This document shows positions 23,472 to 52,823 of a DNA stretch of 64,000 bases, piece after piece. The notes under the pieces were generated by a model, which was not told the DNA's origin, searched no databases, and worked only from the letters and a program-made list of their open reading frames with translations. The first letter of the stretch is position 1. The number at the start of each line of letters is the position of its first letter. This stretch comes from Podarcis cretensis. Taxonomy: Eukaryota. The stretch covers positions 61,442,001 to 61,506,000 of the forward strand of contig OX638153.1 of the NCBI GenBank assembly GCA_951804945.1, given 5' to 3'. Both the position numbers and the translations under genes were made by a program.

Positions 23472-23689
23472 TTTAATTCTTAGTGTGAGCTGCCTTGGCT
23501 GTTTGTTTACAAATACAGTAAATCAATCGATAAATCCTTTGGCCTTTAAGCTGCTAAAAATATCTTTATGTGTGTGTGTCTGGAGATATTTCTGCCTGCA
23601 GCAGACAACCACATGCACCGCACTGGAGTGCCTATTCAGGCTGCAGTTGTAAGCACAATTGCTGGAGACCAATTCCCCTTGACCTCAAC

Positions 23690-25060
23690 TGAACCTCCTC
23701 CTGACTCAAGGCGTTTGGGCTTCAGAGGTACACGGCACCCCCGCTATAAACAACAGAACTCAGGCGACATTTCTAACCCATGGAGAAAGACATCGCGTTT
23801 CTGAAGCGAACGGTAACGCTCCCTCTGCCTCGAGCTTCCTTCTCCGTCTAAAAAACCCGATTTGGGAGGGGGGGGAGGCACGCGGCACGTTGAGTCACGT
23901 GACCTATTCAGACCCCCCCCCACCCCCGCTCCGAAGACGAGGGCAGGGAGGAAGGAGAGGCGGCTTCTATTTCCATTGGTCTCTTTCGCGCCTTCACGGT
24001 CTCACATGACCCGCCCCCCCTCCAACGGATCAGGCGTCGGCGGGCGGAAGTCCCTCTGCTCCCGAGGATCTATGGTTTCTTTGTAGGAGGCGCTCCCCGC
24101 TGCGTCTATGGTCCTCGCGGGGCCGGACGGGAGGCTGGCGGATCGGCGTGCACATTCCTCCCCCATTACCTCACACTCGGCGAAGGGGCCGCCGGGATAG
24201 TGGAGGACCTGCGCTCTGTGCCGCCTTGCTTCAGCTCCCTGTGTAGCCGGCGGCGAGCCCGGGATTCCTCTTCCGATTTCGCTGTGCGGTTTCCCCCCTT
24301 CCCCTCCCCCCGCCCCCGGGCCGCCTCGTCCTCCCCTGCCCCGCTGGGTCCACTTCTCCGGCTCTCGCCCGCCTCGGCCCATGGCTCCATGAAGCGCGAG
24401 GCAGTCGAGGTGGTGGTGGCGGCGGCGGCGGCGCTGGTGGCGGCGGCGGGGAGGCAAGAGCAGGAGCGGCGGCGGCGGCAACGCTGGTGGCGGCGGCGTT
24501 GGTTGGGCTGAAACGGCGAACTGGGGAAGGGAACCGTCTCCGCTCCGGGGAGAGAGAAGGTGGGGGCTCTCACGTCCTCGCCGCGGGGGGGGGGCTGCTC
24601 AGATATTACCCCCCCCCCTTGCGGGCTCACCTCATATTCCCCTCAAACCCCCCGGGCTTCATCCTCCTTTGCGCCGCTCTCGCTCCTTGTCTCTTCAGGT
24701 CTGGACTCTGGGGCGTCCGTCTTATGTCTCCCCCCGCCCGCATCTTCCTCGCGCCCCCCTCCCTTCAGGACCCGCTTTGTTGCTTTCCCCATGCTCGTGC
24801 ACGGGGCCCTTCAACCTACTTATTCGCCGACTCCCGGCGTGGTGCAGCGGCTACAGACCGGGGCTTGGACCCGGTTCAAATTCTCGGTTCACCCGCCTGG
24901 GTGGCCTTGGGCAAGCCCGGCTATCCTTGTACATCTGTTTTGAGGATAAATGAGACATAATACCTTGTTACGGCGGCGGAAATGCTTATGGAACAGGGCT
25001 AGTCACGTCCTCCTCTTGCATTCAGTACAGTCACGTAGGTCGGCTCTTCGCTCCTAAACA
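23690..25060. promoter_or_regulatory. AMMECR1L: CpG-island promoter and non-coding exon 1 of AMMECR1L
   Basis: CpG-rich; GTCACGTGAC at 23894-23903, ATTGG at about 23975, TCACATGAC at about 24002, CGGAAGT at about 24045; GGC-rich leader 24410-24500; possible donor TTG|GTTGGG at 24501/24502. Confidence 0.8.
24410..24500 (+). repeat. Interrupted (GGC/GGT)n trinucleotide repeat in the 5' leader
   Basis: Several GGC runs separated by short interruptions. Confidence 0.8.
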
Positions 25061-26522
25061 GGTTTACTCAGCTATAAGCTCCGTTTCAGTTCAGTGGGAC
25101 TTGGTGCCTAGCGTGTCTTTGAGGATTGCAGGCTGTAGTCTTTTATATTCGTTTGCCATAAGGTCCTGTGTATTTGTACCAACCTGCTGGGTCCAGCTGG
25201 GTTTTTGCTTCCAGATAAGGGAGCATAGGATTGTGGACTTAATTAGGAAGTAAAGTTCATTGGAATTAGGAAGTAAATTATTAGGAATTAGGATGTAAAG
25301 TGCATTTTGGAATATATATGCTTGCTCTGATGGTTTTCTGAAACTATTTCCATAAGACATTCGGCTGCTGGTTTTGCCCCCATCGACTACTCTAATAAAT
25401 GTGTCTACCCTTTGCTGTGTCTTCCTGTTGCTAATCATTTTATCTATGTAATCTGCCTTCTAATGCTATCAGTGCCATCAGCTTTGTATATGCCTGAGTT
25501 GAAATAGTGAAAGAGTTGGATCTCATACTTGGAGATGGCTTTAACATTTTATTCAGCTTCACCAGAGCAGAGCACCCCTGTTTTATCTTCTCTGCAAGTG
25601 TGGCTGATGTACTAGAGGAGATAATTAGCCATGCCGGTGTATTCTATCCCAGTGTCAGTGTGGTCTTAAACTAAGTGAGCTAAGATGACAGTACATTTCT
25701 GGTCATGAGGATCATCTGCAGAGGTGCTCCTGGTTATGCCAACATGCATCCATTTGGAAGTGTATGTTTTCTGTAGTGCCACACTTGTATGAAATTGTCT
25801 CTCCCCACCCCCCACCCCGAAATAAGGCACATGCCAACAGTAAAGCAGTTCTGGCACATGCTGAAAACTTTGCTTATCATGGCATTTGCTGGCTACTGAT
25901 GCCAGCCATTATAAGATTCTATAAGGATATTCTTATTGTCTGTCTGCAAGTGTTTTAATTATTTTGATTGTATTTGTATAATATTTTATATTGTACATCG
26001 CCTTGAGATGCCTCTGCCAAAGGCAGTATATAAATATTTTAATAAATAAGGCCCAAGCACCCTGCACCTAATACTTCTAGGGTATTTCTTCCTGTATTAG
26101 CTCTTTCATTTTGCTTCTTTCACTATCTTTTGTACACTCTCTGTACAAAAGTTCCCCCACCCCATAAGGAAATACAGTAACATTGTCTTTCAATGGTTTC
26201 AAAGCAGTAGTTTCTCTGAGTGCATGTCATAGTAGGAGTAAGATGGACTTTGGGTCAAGAACAGAAAAGATAGAAAAGCCCACATTTACTTTGTGTCTCG
26301 TACACTGTGTTAACCTACTATACCTCTTTCCATCTATTTCACTAGCAATGAGGTAGTGCATTTAGGTAGTGCAAGTCTAGTAGTGCAAGTCATAGTAGTA
26401 GTGAGGTAGTACAAGTCTAGTAACTGATTCAGTGTTTAATTTTGATTCAGTCTTAATTCAGTGTTTAATTTTGCCTAGATATGATTTTATAGCCCTTTTT
26501 TCCTGAATGTTTTTTTTTCCAG

Positions 26523-26634
26523 ATTTGGGGAACAGGAATGGGCCGTGAGAAAAGAAAATTCATTCCAGATATAAAATAGCTTCCCCTTCCACTTGTCCAT
26601 CTCCCCCCTTGGCAATACAAGGTTTCTGCTTTCA
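26523..26634 (+). other. AMMECR1L: Probable AMMECR1L non-coding exon 2 with uORF
   Basis: Strong poly-T-CCAG acceptor, TCA|GTAAGT donor; ggaATGg uORF 26538-26579. Confidence 0.55.
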
Positions 26635-28607
26635 GTAAGTATTATCTCAAGCATAATATGTTGAAACTTATGGCACAATGATGCTGTGAATACTGGTGAC
26701 TGGTATTACCAAAAAGCATATGAAAGGGGAGAGCTTTACCCACCTTACAACCTCCAGTGTTACTGTATTCTTTCTGCACCCCGCCCCAACCCCTAAGCTT
26801 GGTGGGGTTTTTTTTTGGGTTTTTTACAATTGCCACACAGTTCCAAAGTGATGCCAAGGTTAGATAATATCCTATATATTTTGCAGCCCTGTTTCAGTAA
26901 CAGAGCTCAAACTGAGATGAAATAGGGTGTTCAACCCAATAATTAGCAAAGCAATAAAATTATTTGATGTAATGTTATAAGCAATCGCTGCCTATAAAAC
27001 CCTTTTTCCATATGCTGAGGTGACTGCGTCCAGGTGGGGATAGGATGGCGAGTTAATTGTTGGATAAAAGTAGAACTGAATAGGTGGTTCATTGTTAAAT
27101 TGTTTCTTTCTCTTTGCTGGTATTTACAAAATGTTAGCATCTGAAATACACCAGCCAGTTTCATCTACATTTGCTTTCTGACCATTTGCGCATAGGGAAT
27201 AATAATTTTCTTATAAAATCCCTTGCAAACATCATACATTCTGTGCATGCTTTGGACTGACTTCTGAGTAAATGCGCCTAGGTTTGTGTTGCATACAAAA
27301 GGCAGTTCTGGCCAGCATGCTAACTAGGCCATTGACACAGGTGCAGCCACAATTGGAGAATTCTCCCTCCTTTTTCATAGCCTTGTATAACCTTCCATTT
27401 ATAACTAACACTTTTCAGCCCCAAACCAAACCAAGGACTGAGGCCTACACCCAACAGAGAAGATTGTCCTATTCAGTTTTTAATTTGAATTTAAGATAGT
27501 GACATAAAAGAAAGTTCAAAATCTAAGGCTGAAGGTCTCATTTCTATCTGTTATCTGTGTTTTGTTAGAGGGATCCTTGATCAAACTCCTTGGTGGTTAT
27601 TTGTATTTCAGTGATAATGGGCAAATTGCACTAGTTCCTAAGAAAGGGTGGCAGCAGTAGACCTGCATATGGGAATGTCCAAGAAAGGAAGACTCACCCT
27701 CTTGACTCTACCAGGCTAATAACTAGCATAGGAGAGGTGACTAGTATACTGCCTTCTTCCTCCAAAGTATTTATGACAGTGGGAGTTTTCACCTACTCTT
27801 TTTGCCCCAGTATATACCTGTCTCCTGCTGGTAGGTGTAGGGGCTATCACTGCTGATCAGACTTTCGCGAGACAGGTGTGAGCAAGGGATGGATAGTAAG
27901 AATAACCTCTTAAGTTATAAGATTGCACATCTAGAAGATGGTGAAATGGCTGCAGCCTTTGTTCTAGCAAAAGGCCAAGTCTGTTAAACTGAATATTTTC
28001 AATATCTGGAAGACTTCACAGTTCTCTGTGCCTTGGACATAGTATTTTGCAAGTGAACTGAAACCCTAGGTTGAAAGCAAACTAAAATTGCAAGCATACA
28101 GTGAGCACTTTGTAGCACTGTGGCCATTCAACCAATTGTATGTGTGATGATGTCACTGAGCACATCTGGAATGTTTTTCTTGGGTTTATCTAGCAGCATT
28201 CTGCCTTAATCCAAAGATAGTTCAGGTTGAGGACTACTCTCCATTCCTATTGCTGTATGAGGTACTAAAACACAGAAATGGTCTGCAGTTACATTTAACT
28301 ATTGGATCACATGTTGCTCATGCAAACTTCACGGTAATGTTCCTTTTCATAAATAAAGTCTACATGACCTTTGTAAAAAATGTCTTCATAACTGTGCACA
28401 TCGGTCTGCTTTCTATTTAGTTTTCCAGTCTTGTGCAATCATATGTGAGCTTTCTTATGGAACTCGGGTTTTTAATGTGAGAGGTGTAGTTTTCTTACTG
28501 TGGAAAAAATACATCCTTATAATTTGCTTTTCTTTTAGTATAATGCTATGTGTTGCATATTGTGTGTTTTGCCAGGGTTCTACAGTACTCCAGACAGCAA
28601 GTGCTGA

Positions 28608-41458
<12,851 letters not shown>

Positions 41459-44400
41459 CACAAGGCTGCATGACCAGTCCCGCCCCCCAGCTACCACTAA
41501 CGGCTATGACATCATTGGGGCAGATGCCTCCTCTTCCTGGTCCAGTTACTTCTATTACTGCACCATTTTATGATGCTAGCTTCCGTTGCCAAGTCTGCCT
41601 TCCAGCTGACTGAGGGATGGGGGATACCAGTGAGTGCAACTGAACTTCAGGGGCCCATGCCTTTCCTCATCCTTCCTTCAGAATGAGGGTTCAGTTGGAC
41701 TGAGGCTCCAAGACTAACAGTTGCAGTTGGGTAGAAAGAACCTTGAGGAACGGACGTACCGCTTCAGATTGCTCTGTGTGTTAAATTGCACTGTGTTCAT
41801 TTGAATTGTTAATTGTGACAGCCCCCTTGATTAAGTAGGAGAGTTCTCCTGGCAGTCTGGGCAACGGAGTGCAACAACATATTTTTAGGTTATTTTTAAT
41901 TTTTTTAACCTCTGATATTTATCTACCATGAGCTGATTAGTCCTTATACACCCCAGGCGAGCAGATGACATGACGTGTTACAAGGATGTATGTCAGCAGA
42001 GATTCCTCCCTCCTCCTCTTCGCAGAAGATGGCAATTGAAAGGGGAAACAAAATTTACTGCAGATGAAATTTACTGCGTGCACAAATCCAGGAGGGTTCA
42101 GTTCTCACACCTAGCTGCTCTTGGTTTTGACGAAGAAGGAAAGTAGCCCACTAGACAGGACAGTAATGCATAAATGAAGGTGAACTGTTCTGGGTTATGT
42201 TTGGGAGTAGCTTGCGTTTCCTTGTCTCCTGGAAGTACAATCTCCCTCTCCTTTGGGGTTTTTCCCTGGGTTTCTAACTTGAAATACAAGCAGCATGGTC
42301 TGCTGTTGGATTGGGGCTGATATTATTCCCCACAAAGCCATCGTTGAAACAATTCAAAAAGGATGTGAAAATTGTGTATCGGAAACACTCCATGGGACCT
42401 GTGTTTAACTGGCAGCAGTTTTATTTAGCATGACCCTGATATCCAGGTAATGAAATACACAGTAAATGTTAGCCTTTAAGTGGTTATCTAATATAGGTGC
42501 CATCGCTGCACTGGTGCTTCAATACTAGATACATATAATTGGAAGTCATTCAGATTGATTTAAAAGTACATAGCCTCCAGATAAGTGTACTTAGAACTGG
42601 AACCTAAGGAATATTTTCAACCCATACCTCCCCAACCCACCCCCGCAAAGTTAACTCACAACCATGTTTAACTATCCTGTGGATTTTAAAATTGCCCTTC
42701 CTATTGTTGCTGAATAGCCGGTACATCAAATCATAACTGGAAAGCTCTTTTTCCCATTCAACTATCCTAATTCTCCTGTGTGAGTCACTATGTGTTATCA
42801 TGAATGCAGGCATTCTTAAATGAATCCACAGGGACTATAAAATAGTAGTGCAGGACTTGTGGAAATCTTGGTAATTAGCATTGATAGATTAAAAAAAATA
42901 CAGGTGGAGAGCACAGCATTATGAGAATTTGATACCTTATATGCAGTATGTGTAAGGACAGTAGCTTTTATGGAAGGCTTATGGGAAGCCAGGAATTATC
43001 TGGGAATTACCTTTTACTGTGGGATGCAAGTTTCCAGATTCTTGGTGAATGAACATTGCCCTGGTGGGGAGGGTGAGGGGAGATTAATGCCTTCTATCTT
43101 GAAGCAAAGCCTCAAAGGCAGACTGAATAGATGTTGGATTACTGGAGAGGTAGACATGAATAGCCCATATGAACTGGTGAGCAATATTTGCCAGTATCTG
43201 GCTTGGTTGCATCTAAGTGAACTGCTGGCTAGAAGAGGGCAATCATATTATCTTCCTGGCAAAAGGACTGTTCAGAGAATCTAGGAAGCCTCCAAATTAC
43301 TTATTTTTCTACCACTATTCCTCCTGTCTCAGAAGAAAACCTAACCTTAAAATTTTGCTTGTCAATGGACACATATCTAGATGGTTATGGGTGGGAATGA
43401 GAGAGAGAGTGGAGGTCATATTCCAGATATCTGCAGTACTGCCCCAGCTTTGGTTTTGTATCAGATCATTTGTATGGATTACCACTTTTTTCCCTTCTAA
43501 TGATGATGAAATGTGTTTGAATGTGAAGGGACTGTTTCATGATTTCCTGCTACTGAGAATAAATCAGTCTTCTTACAAATTAGAGTGATTTGTAGTTAAT
43601 GTTCCAGGTGCCCTGGACTGATGGGAGATTGTAGATGGGAGAGGAGAGTTCAGCTGTGGTCATGCCATCCATCTCTGCTCTCAGACAGTATTGAAACATA
43701 GGGCTACACTAATTACTATTCAAGTGTTCTACTTTAGAATTTAAATTGTAAAGATTTTTTTTAAAGCAAAAAGGAAAAAAAAATGGTGCTAATCTTTCAC
43801 CCCTGAGCACATTCGGTGAGACTGGTCATGCAGGCATATAGTGCCAGGCTATTCAATATTGCTTTTTTTAAAAAAAAAATGTTTGCCCTGTTACGTGTCT
43901 TCAACAGTGTATAGTGTTAATTATTTGGTTTCATTTTAATGGGTGTGGGAGTTCAGGAGCCAGGTGGGGACCTTAGTTGCCATTTTAAAGAACAGACTTT
44001 TAGGAGTGACTTGACCTACTTGGTTTAATTTAACCATTTCACTGAAGTAAGCTAAATTGGTTTTGGAGTGAGAGGTGGTCTCATTCCCTGCCCTTATTTC
44101 CATCCAACCACCTAGTCTGTATAAATGGAAATGCCTCTGTTAAAGTTGGGTTGTGGTGTTTTCTTGTACTAAGTGGAACAGCAAGCAGGCCATGAAGCAC
44201 GAAATAGTCCTGAGAAATGGGTACATTCAGCATTGGTCTCATAATGGAGTTCAGTTACAGTATCTTTGAACAAGTGTGTTAGTTGTGTCATTCCTGCAAA
44301 ATGTATGGGGCAGAATAAGTTGTCTGCAGAAGATGACACTATATCTGGCTCATACATAGCAGTGATGCACCAAGATGAGCCAACACTGATATTTGAGTGA

Positions 44401-45910
44401 TGTGGGAACCAACAAAATAGCTAAAAGAGAACCGCCTGTTCTGCAGCCGTAACCAGTTGTATTTTTCAGCTGATTAGTGAGTAACAGGATTGTATAAAGA
44501 CCTTAGCAATAGTCTTCTGGTCTGACTGGGAACTGGCTCATCCTTAGCTACAAGCAAGTGCCTTTTGGTCTAGATGGGTTTATTTCAAGACAACTGTAGT
44601 TGGGAATCTTCCTTGCTGCAGCCATGTATCTTTAGTGTATGGTTTTTGTTTTTGTTTTTTCTCTCCAGCAGATAATGTCTTTCATCACTGGAGTCTCACT
44701 GTTCCCCCCACCCCTTTTCATAATGACAATGAGCCTATCTTGATAGAGGCATTTTGGTCAGAAAGATTTTATGGTCAGAATATCAGATCAGCAGAAAACT
44801 GCACCTGAAGACCATAAAGGCGAAGTAATCTGTACATTTGAACCAAAATTTTAAGTTTTGCACATAATTGTTTTCCCCGATTCATTGTTTTCCCCGATTC
44901 ATTGCAGTCTTCATTGACTGATTGCTGTTTTGTTTGATTTCTAGCACCAAAATGAGTGACATTTTGGGGTTGTTTCTTTTCTTTTTCCTTTAAAAGCAAG
45001 GAATTTCTTTTGACCTTCAATGCAGAGATGTCAGACCAATTCTTTGTTATTACACTTGGTTGCCTCCTAGCTATATAACTTCTGGGTGTAAATCATTGAA
45101 CTTTACCCTCTAATGAAGTATTGTAGAAAATAAATTGTAATGGATACATTTTTATCTTGTTCCTCTTTTATTGGTGTCTTTGTCGATTTTGACTTTTCAC
45201 ATTACAATCTAATACTAATAATTCATTTTGTGTTGTTTCTTTTTTATCCTACAAGGAAAATTAAAGTTGAAAGGCAAGCAGTGTGGATTCTTTAACAAAA
45301 TTAGGAAATGCTCAGAAGTAACGAGATTGGAACTTTATTTTTTTTAAATTAAAACTTTCATGCTTATCTGGTTGTGGTGAACTGCCTGTTCTCATTAGTT
45401 TGAAGATAAAAAGTGATTTCAGGGTGGTCGTTTTGAAATTGACATTTACCAAAATTATGTATGCAAAGTGCTTTAAAAGCACAGCTGCAACATAAATGCT
45501 GAGAAAGGGTTTACAGTTCTGTATCACTTAGATTATGCATAGTAATAGTCTTAACTCAATATATCTGTATAAAAAGAAAGCTGAACCTGTCAGACTCATA
45601 GGTAGCAAGTGCCATAGGTATTTCCTTTGTGTTTTGGTAAAGAATGCCAGCAACAGTCCCAGATCAACTTCAGTTGATAATACCAACCAAAAAATCCCAA
45701 CAGGAAAAGACTATTGTGATTTTATACCAATTAAGTGTTAAGCGGTTATTTCTTGCTTGAGGGTGTTTGGCCTGAAGACAAGTACCACTAACCTGTCCTG
45801 ATGTGCAGAATGAGCAGTAATGTTTCTAATGGAAGGATACATTCTGCTTTACTGCTGCTGCATTGATTTGGAATCAAACATTCTCTAATAAATAGATTAT
45901 TCTATCCCTT
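41459..45910 (+). other. AMMECR1L: Putative long (about 4.4 kb) AMMECR1L 3' UTR
   Basis: Repeat-poor, U-rich tract; AATAAA at 43558, 45129 and 45887. Confidence 0.55.
44867..44904 (+). repeat. Perfect 17-bp tandem duplication
   Basis: ATTGTTTTCCCCGATTC x2 plus ATTG. Confidence 0.9.
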
Positions 45911-46524
45911 AAAGCACTTAATCTTATAAGACAATTGGATTCTACTTGGGCAAGCTCTGGAAAGTTTTGTTTTTCAAAACTAGTAAAGTTCTGAAAGTAA
46001 GGTGTTTTGTGATCCAAGTGTCCACCTTCCCCAGTGCCATGAATGAACAAGGTAAAATGTTAAAAGTGAGTAAAGAGTGTTTCATCAAGCTGCTAGTCAA
46101 AATTCTTTGAATCTAATTTCTCATCATAAGCTACAATATATATTTAGGACCTGTGATTTACGTTACTTTTGCTTCAAACACAGACCTGGATAAGCCAGCA
46201 AGAGACAAAATACAGTATTATCTATTATCTAATATCTATTGTTCACAATGGGAATGACCCATTGGCTTCAATGCCTCAGAGTTACCATGCAGAATTTGAG
46301 CCTGGTTATTGCTGGGGTGGTCATGGCTATTGCAGAAAGACTCCTCATTTATGTGTGACTCTTGGATAACAGAGAACATTTGTGAATTCACATAAATAAA
46401 ATGTGAATTCTGGCTTGTATCAATTGATAGCTGAATTTAAACCTCTCGAGCACATTGCGTGCATGAGACACAATATCCAGTGCACAGGGCTATTGATGAT
46501 ACTATTTTAATGCACATTTGACCA

Positions 46525-46910
46525 ACAGACCTATTCTATATATGTTTACTCAGAAGTTAGTTCCACTGGTTTTTAAAGTGGGCTTATTTCCAAGTAGGAC
46601 TGGAACAATAGGGTACTCATAATGCAAACCTAAACATCCTAAGGATTGAGTCCCACTGAACACATTGGGAGTTACTTCTGAGTAAAACTGTTTAGGATTG
46701 TCAGAATTACTTCCCGACTCTTTGCTTGTTTAAGTAATCATATAAATATGCATGCTCTTGGAAATTGTAATGCATCATGCTTTCCTGAACTCAATGTTAT
46801 TACAGGTGCACACTTGCTCAAAGGCTGCAATCCTAACCCCACTTACCTGGAAGTAAGCCCCAATGAAATCAGTGGCACTTCTCAGCAGATATGGTTAGTT
46901 AGGAGCGGGA
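46525..46910. repeat. Three adjacent copies of a ~90-bp palindromic interspersed element
   Basis: Approximate consensus GCAATCCTA..TTACTCAGAAGTAAGTCCCATTGAA.TCAATGGGACTTACT..GTAA..TAGGATTGC. Confidence 0.6.
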
Positions 46911-48481
46911 TTTAAATGGAAGAATTGACATCTGGGGGGAATTACCAAAAGGCGGCACTTGGCACTTTGTACTGGATCTTAGGCAAATAGGTGCTTTCGT
47001 TTAAAAAAAAAAGCTCAACAACTTTTGGAGTGTCCTGGCAACCCTACCTATTGTTGCCTTTGACTGGACTTAACTGTCCAGAGGTCCTTTACCTTTTTAC
47101 CTATTAGTGACTCCTTCCACTCCCATTCAGAGGGAATTGTGAGTTAAACTCCTTAGGGTTATATTAACAACGTGAATAAGTTTCTGCTCAATGAGGTGCA
47201 TGCTCACTTGGGTTTTTCTCTCTCTTATCAATGGGTAATGCAGAGAGTGAAATGTGTTTGCCACTTGTCCATTTTTCACCTGGACAGCATGGAAATTGCA
47301 GATCAATATTTGACGTCTAATGGGTGCCTTCGCTGCAAAAGGCAGTTGGGTTAGGGCAGGGCTTTCCTTTCTCTGCCGTCACTTTAGCAGCAGTGGTACT
47401 GCTCAGTTCCAGCGGCGTAGTTAGAGAAGGAGAGAGAAACAATTGGTTAGGGCAAAGTTTGGGTCTTGACTGTCACTTGGATGCACCAGGGCCTGTGGTT
47501 CACGCAGCTCTGCTTGCTGGCCTAGAAGTATTGAGGGGAGAACCCCTTCGCCCATATGCTCCCTAAGCGAATCAGTTGCAAAGGAAGGAAGGTGAGCTTG
47601 AAGCAGACAGGGGGGACCTACAACAAACAGGGACCCTTCCAATGCCACATTCTCCCTCTTGCCATCCTCCTGGCCTACCTGCGGGTTCTGAACGTGGGTC
47701 ACACTGTTGCATCTAACCCAACATTCCGTTTACGAACCGGCTCCCTGCCAGCTAGGTAGTTTTGAGGAGGGATGGGGGCCGTGAGCACACAACACGCCCC
47801 ATATTGCAGGACTCTAACCCCTGACTATCGGCCATGGCGGCTGCGCTTGAGGGGAGTGCAGTCCGATACCTCGAGGGCTGCTTATTACCCGTCGCGGTTT
47901 TAAGCGCCTTTGGGGGGCTGCCCCATTTCCTAGCCTGCAGACTTTGGGTACTCCAGACGCTTCAGCGGGGTTTCGGCTCTGCGTTGCTTCCTGGCCTAGA
48001 AACCTGCTTCCCTTGTGAGGAGCACTAAATATATACAATTAAAAAATAATAATTGTGAGGGTGGGCGATCGGGCGTTGTCTGTCGGGTCTGGATTCATTT
48101 ACTGACAGGATCTTGCTAACAATCGCGGGAACCGTGTAAACCCCACTGGATTCACGCTTCGCAATCCTGAACACATAAGCCGTTCTGAACGTGATGGCAT
48201 TTACTTCGGAGTAAGGGGGTCCAGGGCAACGGTGGGAGCGGGCGCTTTGAGGCCTTGCGACCCTCTCGCTCTCCTCCGCGAAGCTGCTCCGGAGAGAGAG
48301 CACACCGTGTTCAATATAGCTCGACACACTTTCCCCCCTTTCTCTTTCCTTCAGCACAAGCCGAGGCGGCATCGGGGCCGGCTCTTTCCCCGCCAGAGGG
48401 CGCCGCGGGCACCTGCTCAGGCCTCCTTCCTTCCTTTTCCGGCCGGCCGAGCGCTTCGGGTTTCCGGGGCTGGCTGAGGCG

Positions 48482-51707
<3,226 letters not shown>

Positions 51708-52166
51708 AAGGAACAACCAGACCCTCCAAACTCTGAACATGGAAAAAGAGAAATCTAAGAATGTTCATTTGTTTCTATACATCTTTGGACCAGTCCTGAC
51801 TATCTCTCAGTAGAAAAGAGAAGCTGATGTAGGGTGATGACATGCTTTTAAAAAGGGTTTCTTAGCTCTTTGGACTTGTTGAATGTTGAGAGTTGGCAAG
51901 ACTAATGAGGCATGAGCCACAGAACTCTGAAAAGTTTGCCTTGATTAGTTTAATATTTGTTTCCAAACTTTGTCTTCCTCCTGGGAATATGCAAAATGTT
52001 ATGGGGCAGACAGAATGAACATACGTCGCCCAAGATAGGAGAAACTTTTCCTATTATATTTTGAGAATTGTAATAGTAGAATCAGGATAGATAAATTTGT
52101 GTGGGTTTTTTTTATCAAAAGCCTGAGTTTTTCTTTTCAACAATAATTTTGTACAATTGTTTGTGA

Positions 52167-52172
52167 ATTAAA
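52167..52172 (+). terminator. Candidate POLR2D polyadenylation signal (second candidate at 52311)
   Basis: ATTAAA followed by GT/T-rich sequence. Confidence 0.5.
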
Positions 52173-52823
52173 GTATAGTATTTCTAATGAGGGGTCTGTG
52201 ATTTGTGAATGTTCTCATTCACTCATTGTTTATACAAAAGTCCTGTTGTCTTGAGGAAATACTCTGCAAGGGGTGGATGAACACAAGGAGCTGAAGGAAT
52301 TTGTTGGATTATTAAACTGCATATAATATTTTTGCTGTATGTTGGTAAATTGATGTAAAGTTATTTATTGTATACATACGTTGCTATAAACAATAATTGC
52401 ACATACAATGGATGTATGTCGGAGAGAGAAAAAAATAATACTTTTGTGTTTTGGGAAGTGTGACTGGAAATGTCAAACTGGGTGAATGAGCTACCATAAG
52501 TAGCACTTCTTAGTTTTGTAGTGTGAAAGGAAACTGCTAGCAGAACCATGGGGCTCATAAAGGTAGAAACATGATCCATGCCCTACACTTAGGCGGAAAT
52601 GCACTAATGCTACAGAAATTGCATGTTACAATACGTCAGTCAGCTGTCATAAATGATAAGATGTCCCTCATCCAGCTGGCAACAGTGACTGAGGAATGAA
52701 TTGGCTTACTCCATTCTCTCCACCTGCAGAATCACTTCTAATGTTATTTTATTTATTCATTACTCTTATTTATTAACAGCATTTATATGCCACCCAATAA
52801 CAGTAGCCTACAAGCATTAAAGT

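Noticed and set aside
24002-24960. ORFs of 100-160 aa on both strands at the AMMECR1L island
   Set aside because: Produced by GGC repeats and high GC content; only the short ATG uORFs were kept
26402-26411. TGAGGTAGTA, identical to the let-7 5' end
   Set aside because: The match stops at 10 nt, there is no precursor hairpin, and it lies within a micro-duplication patch
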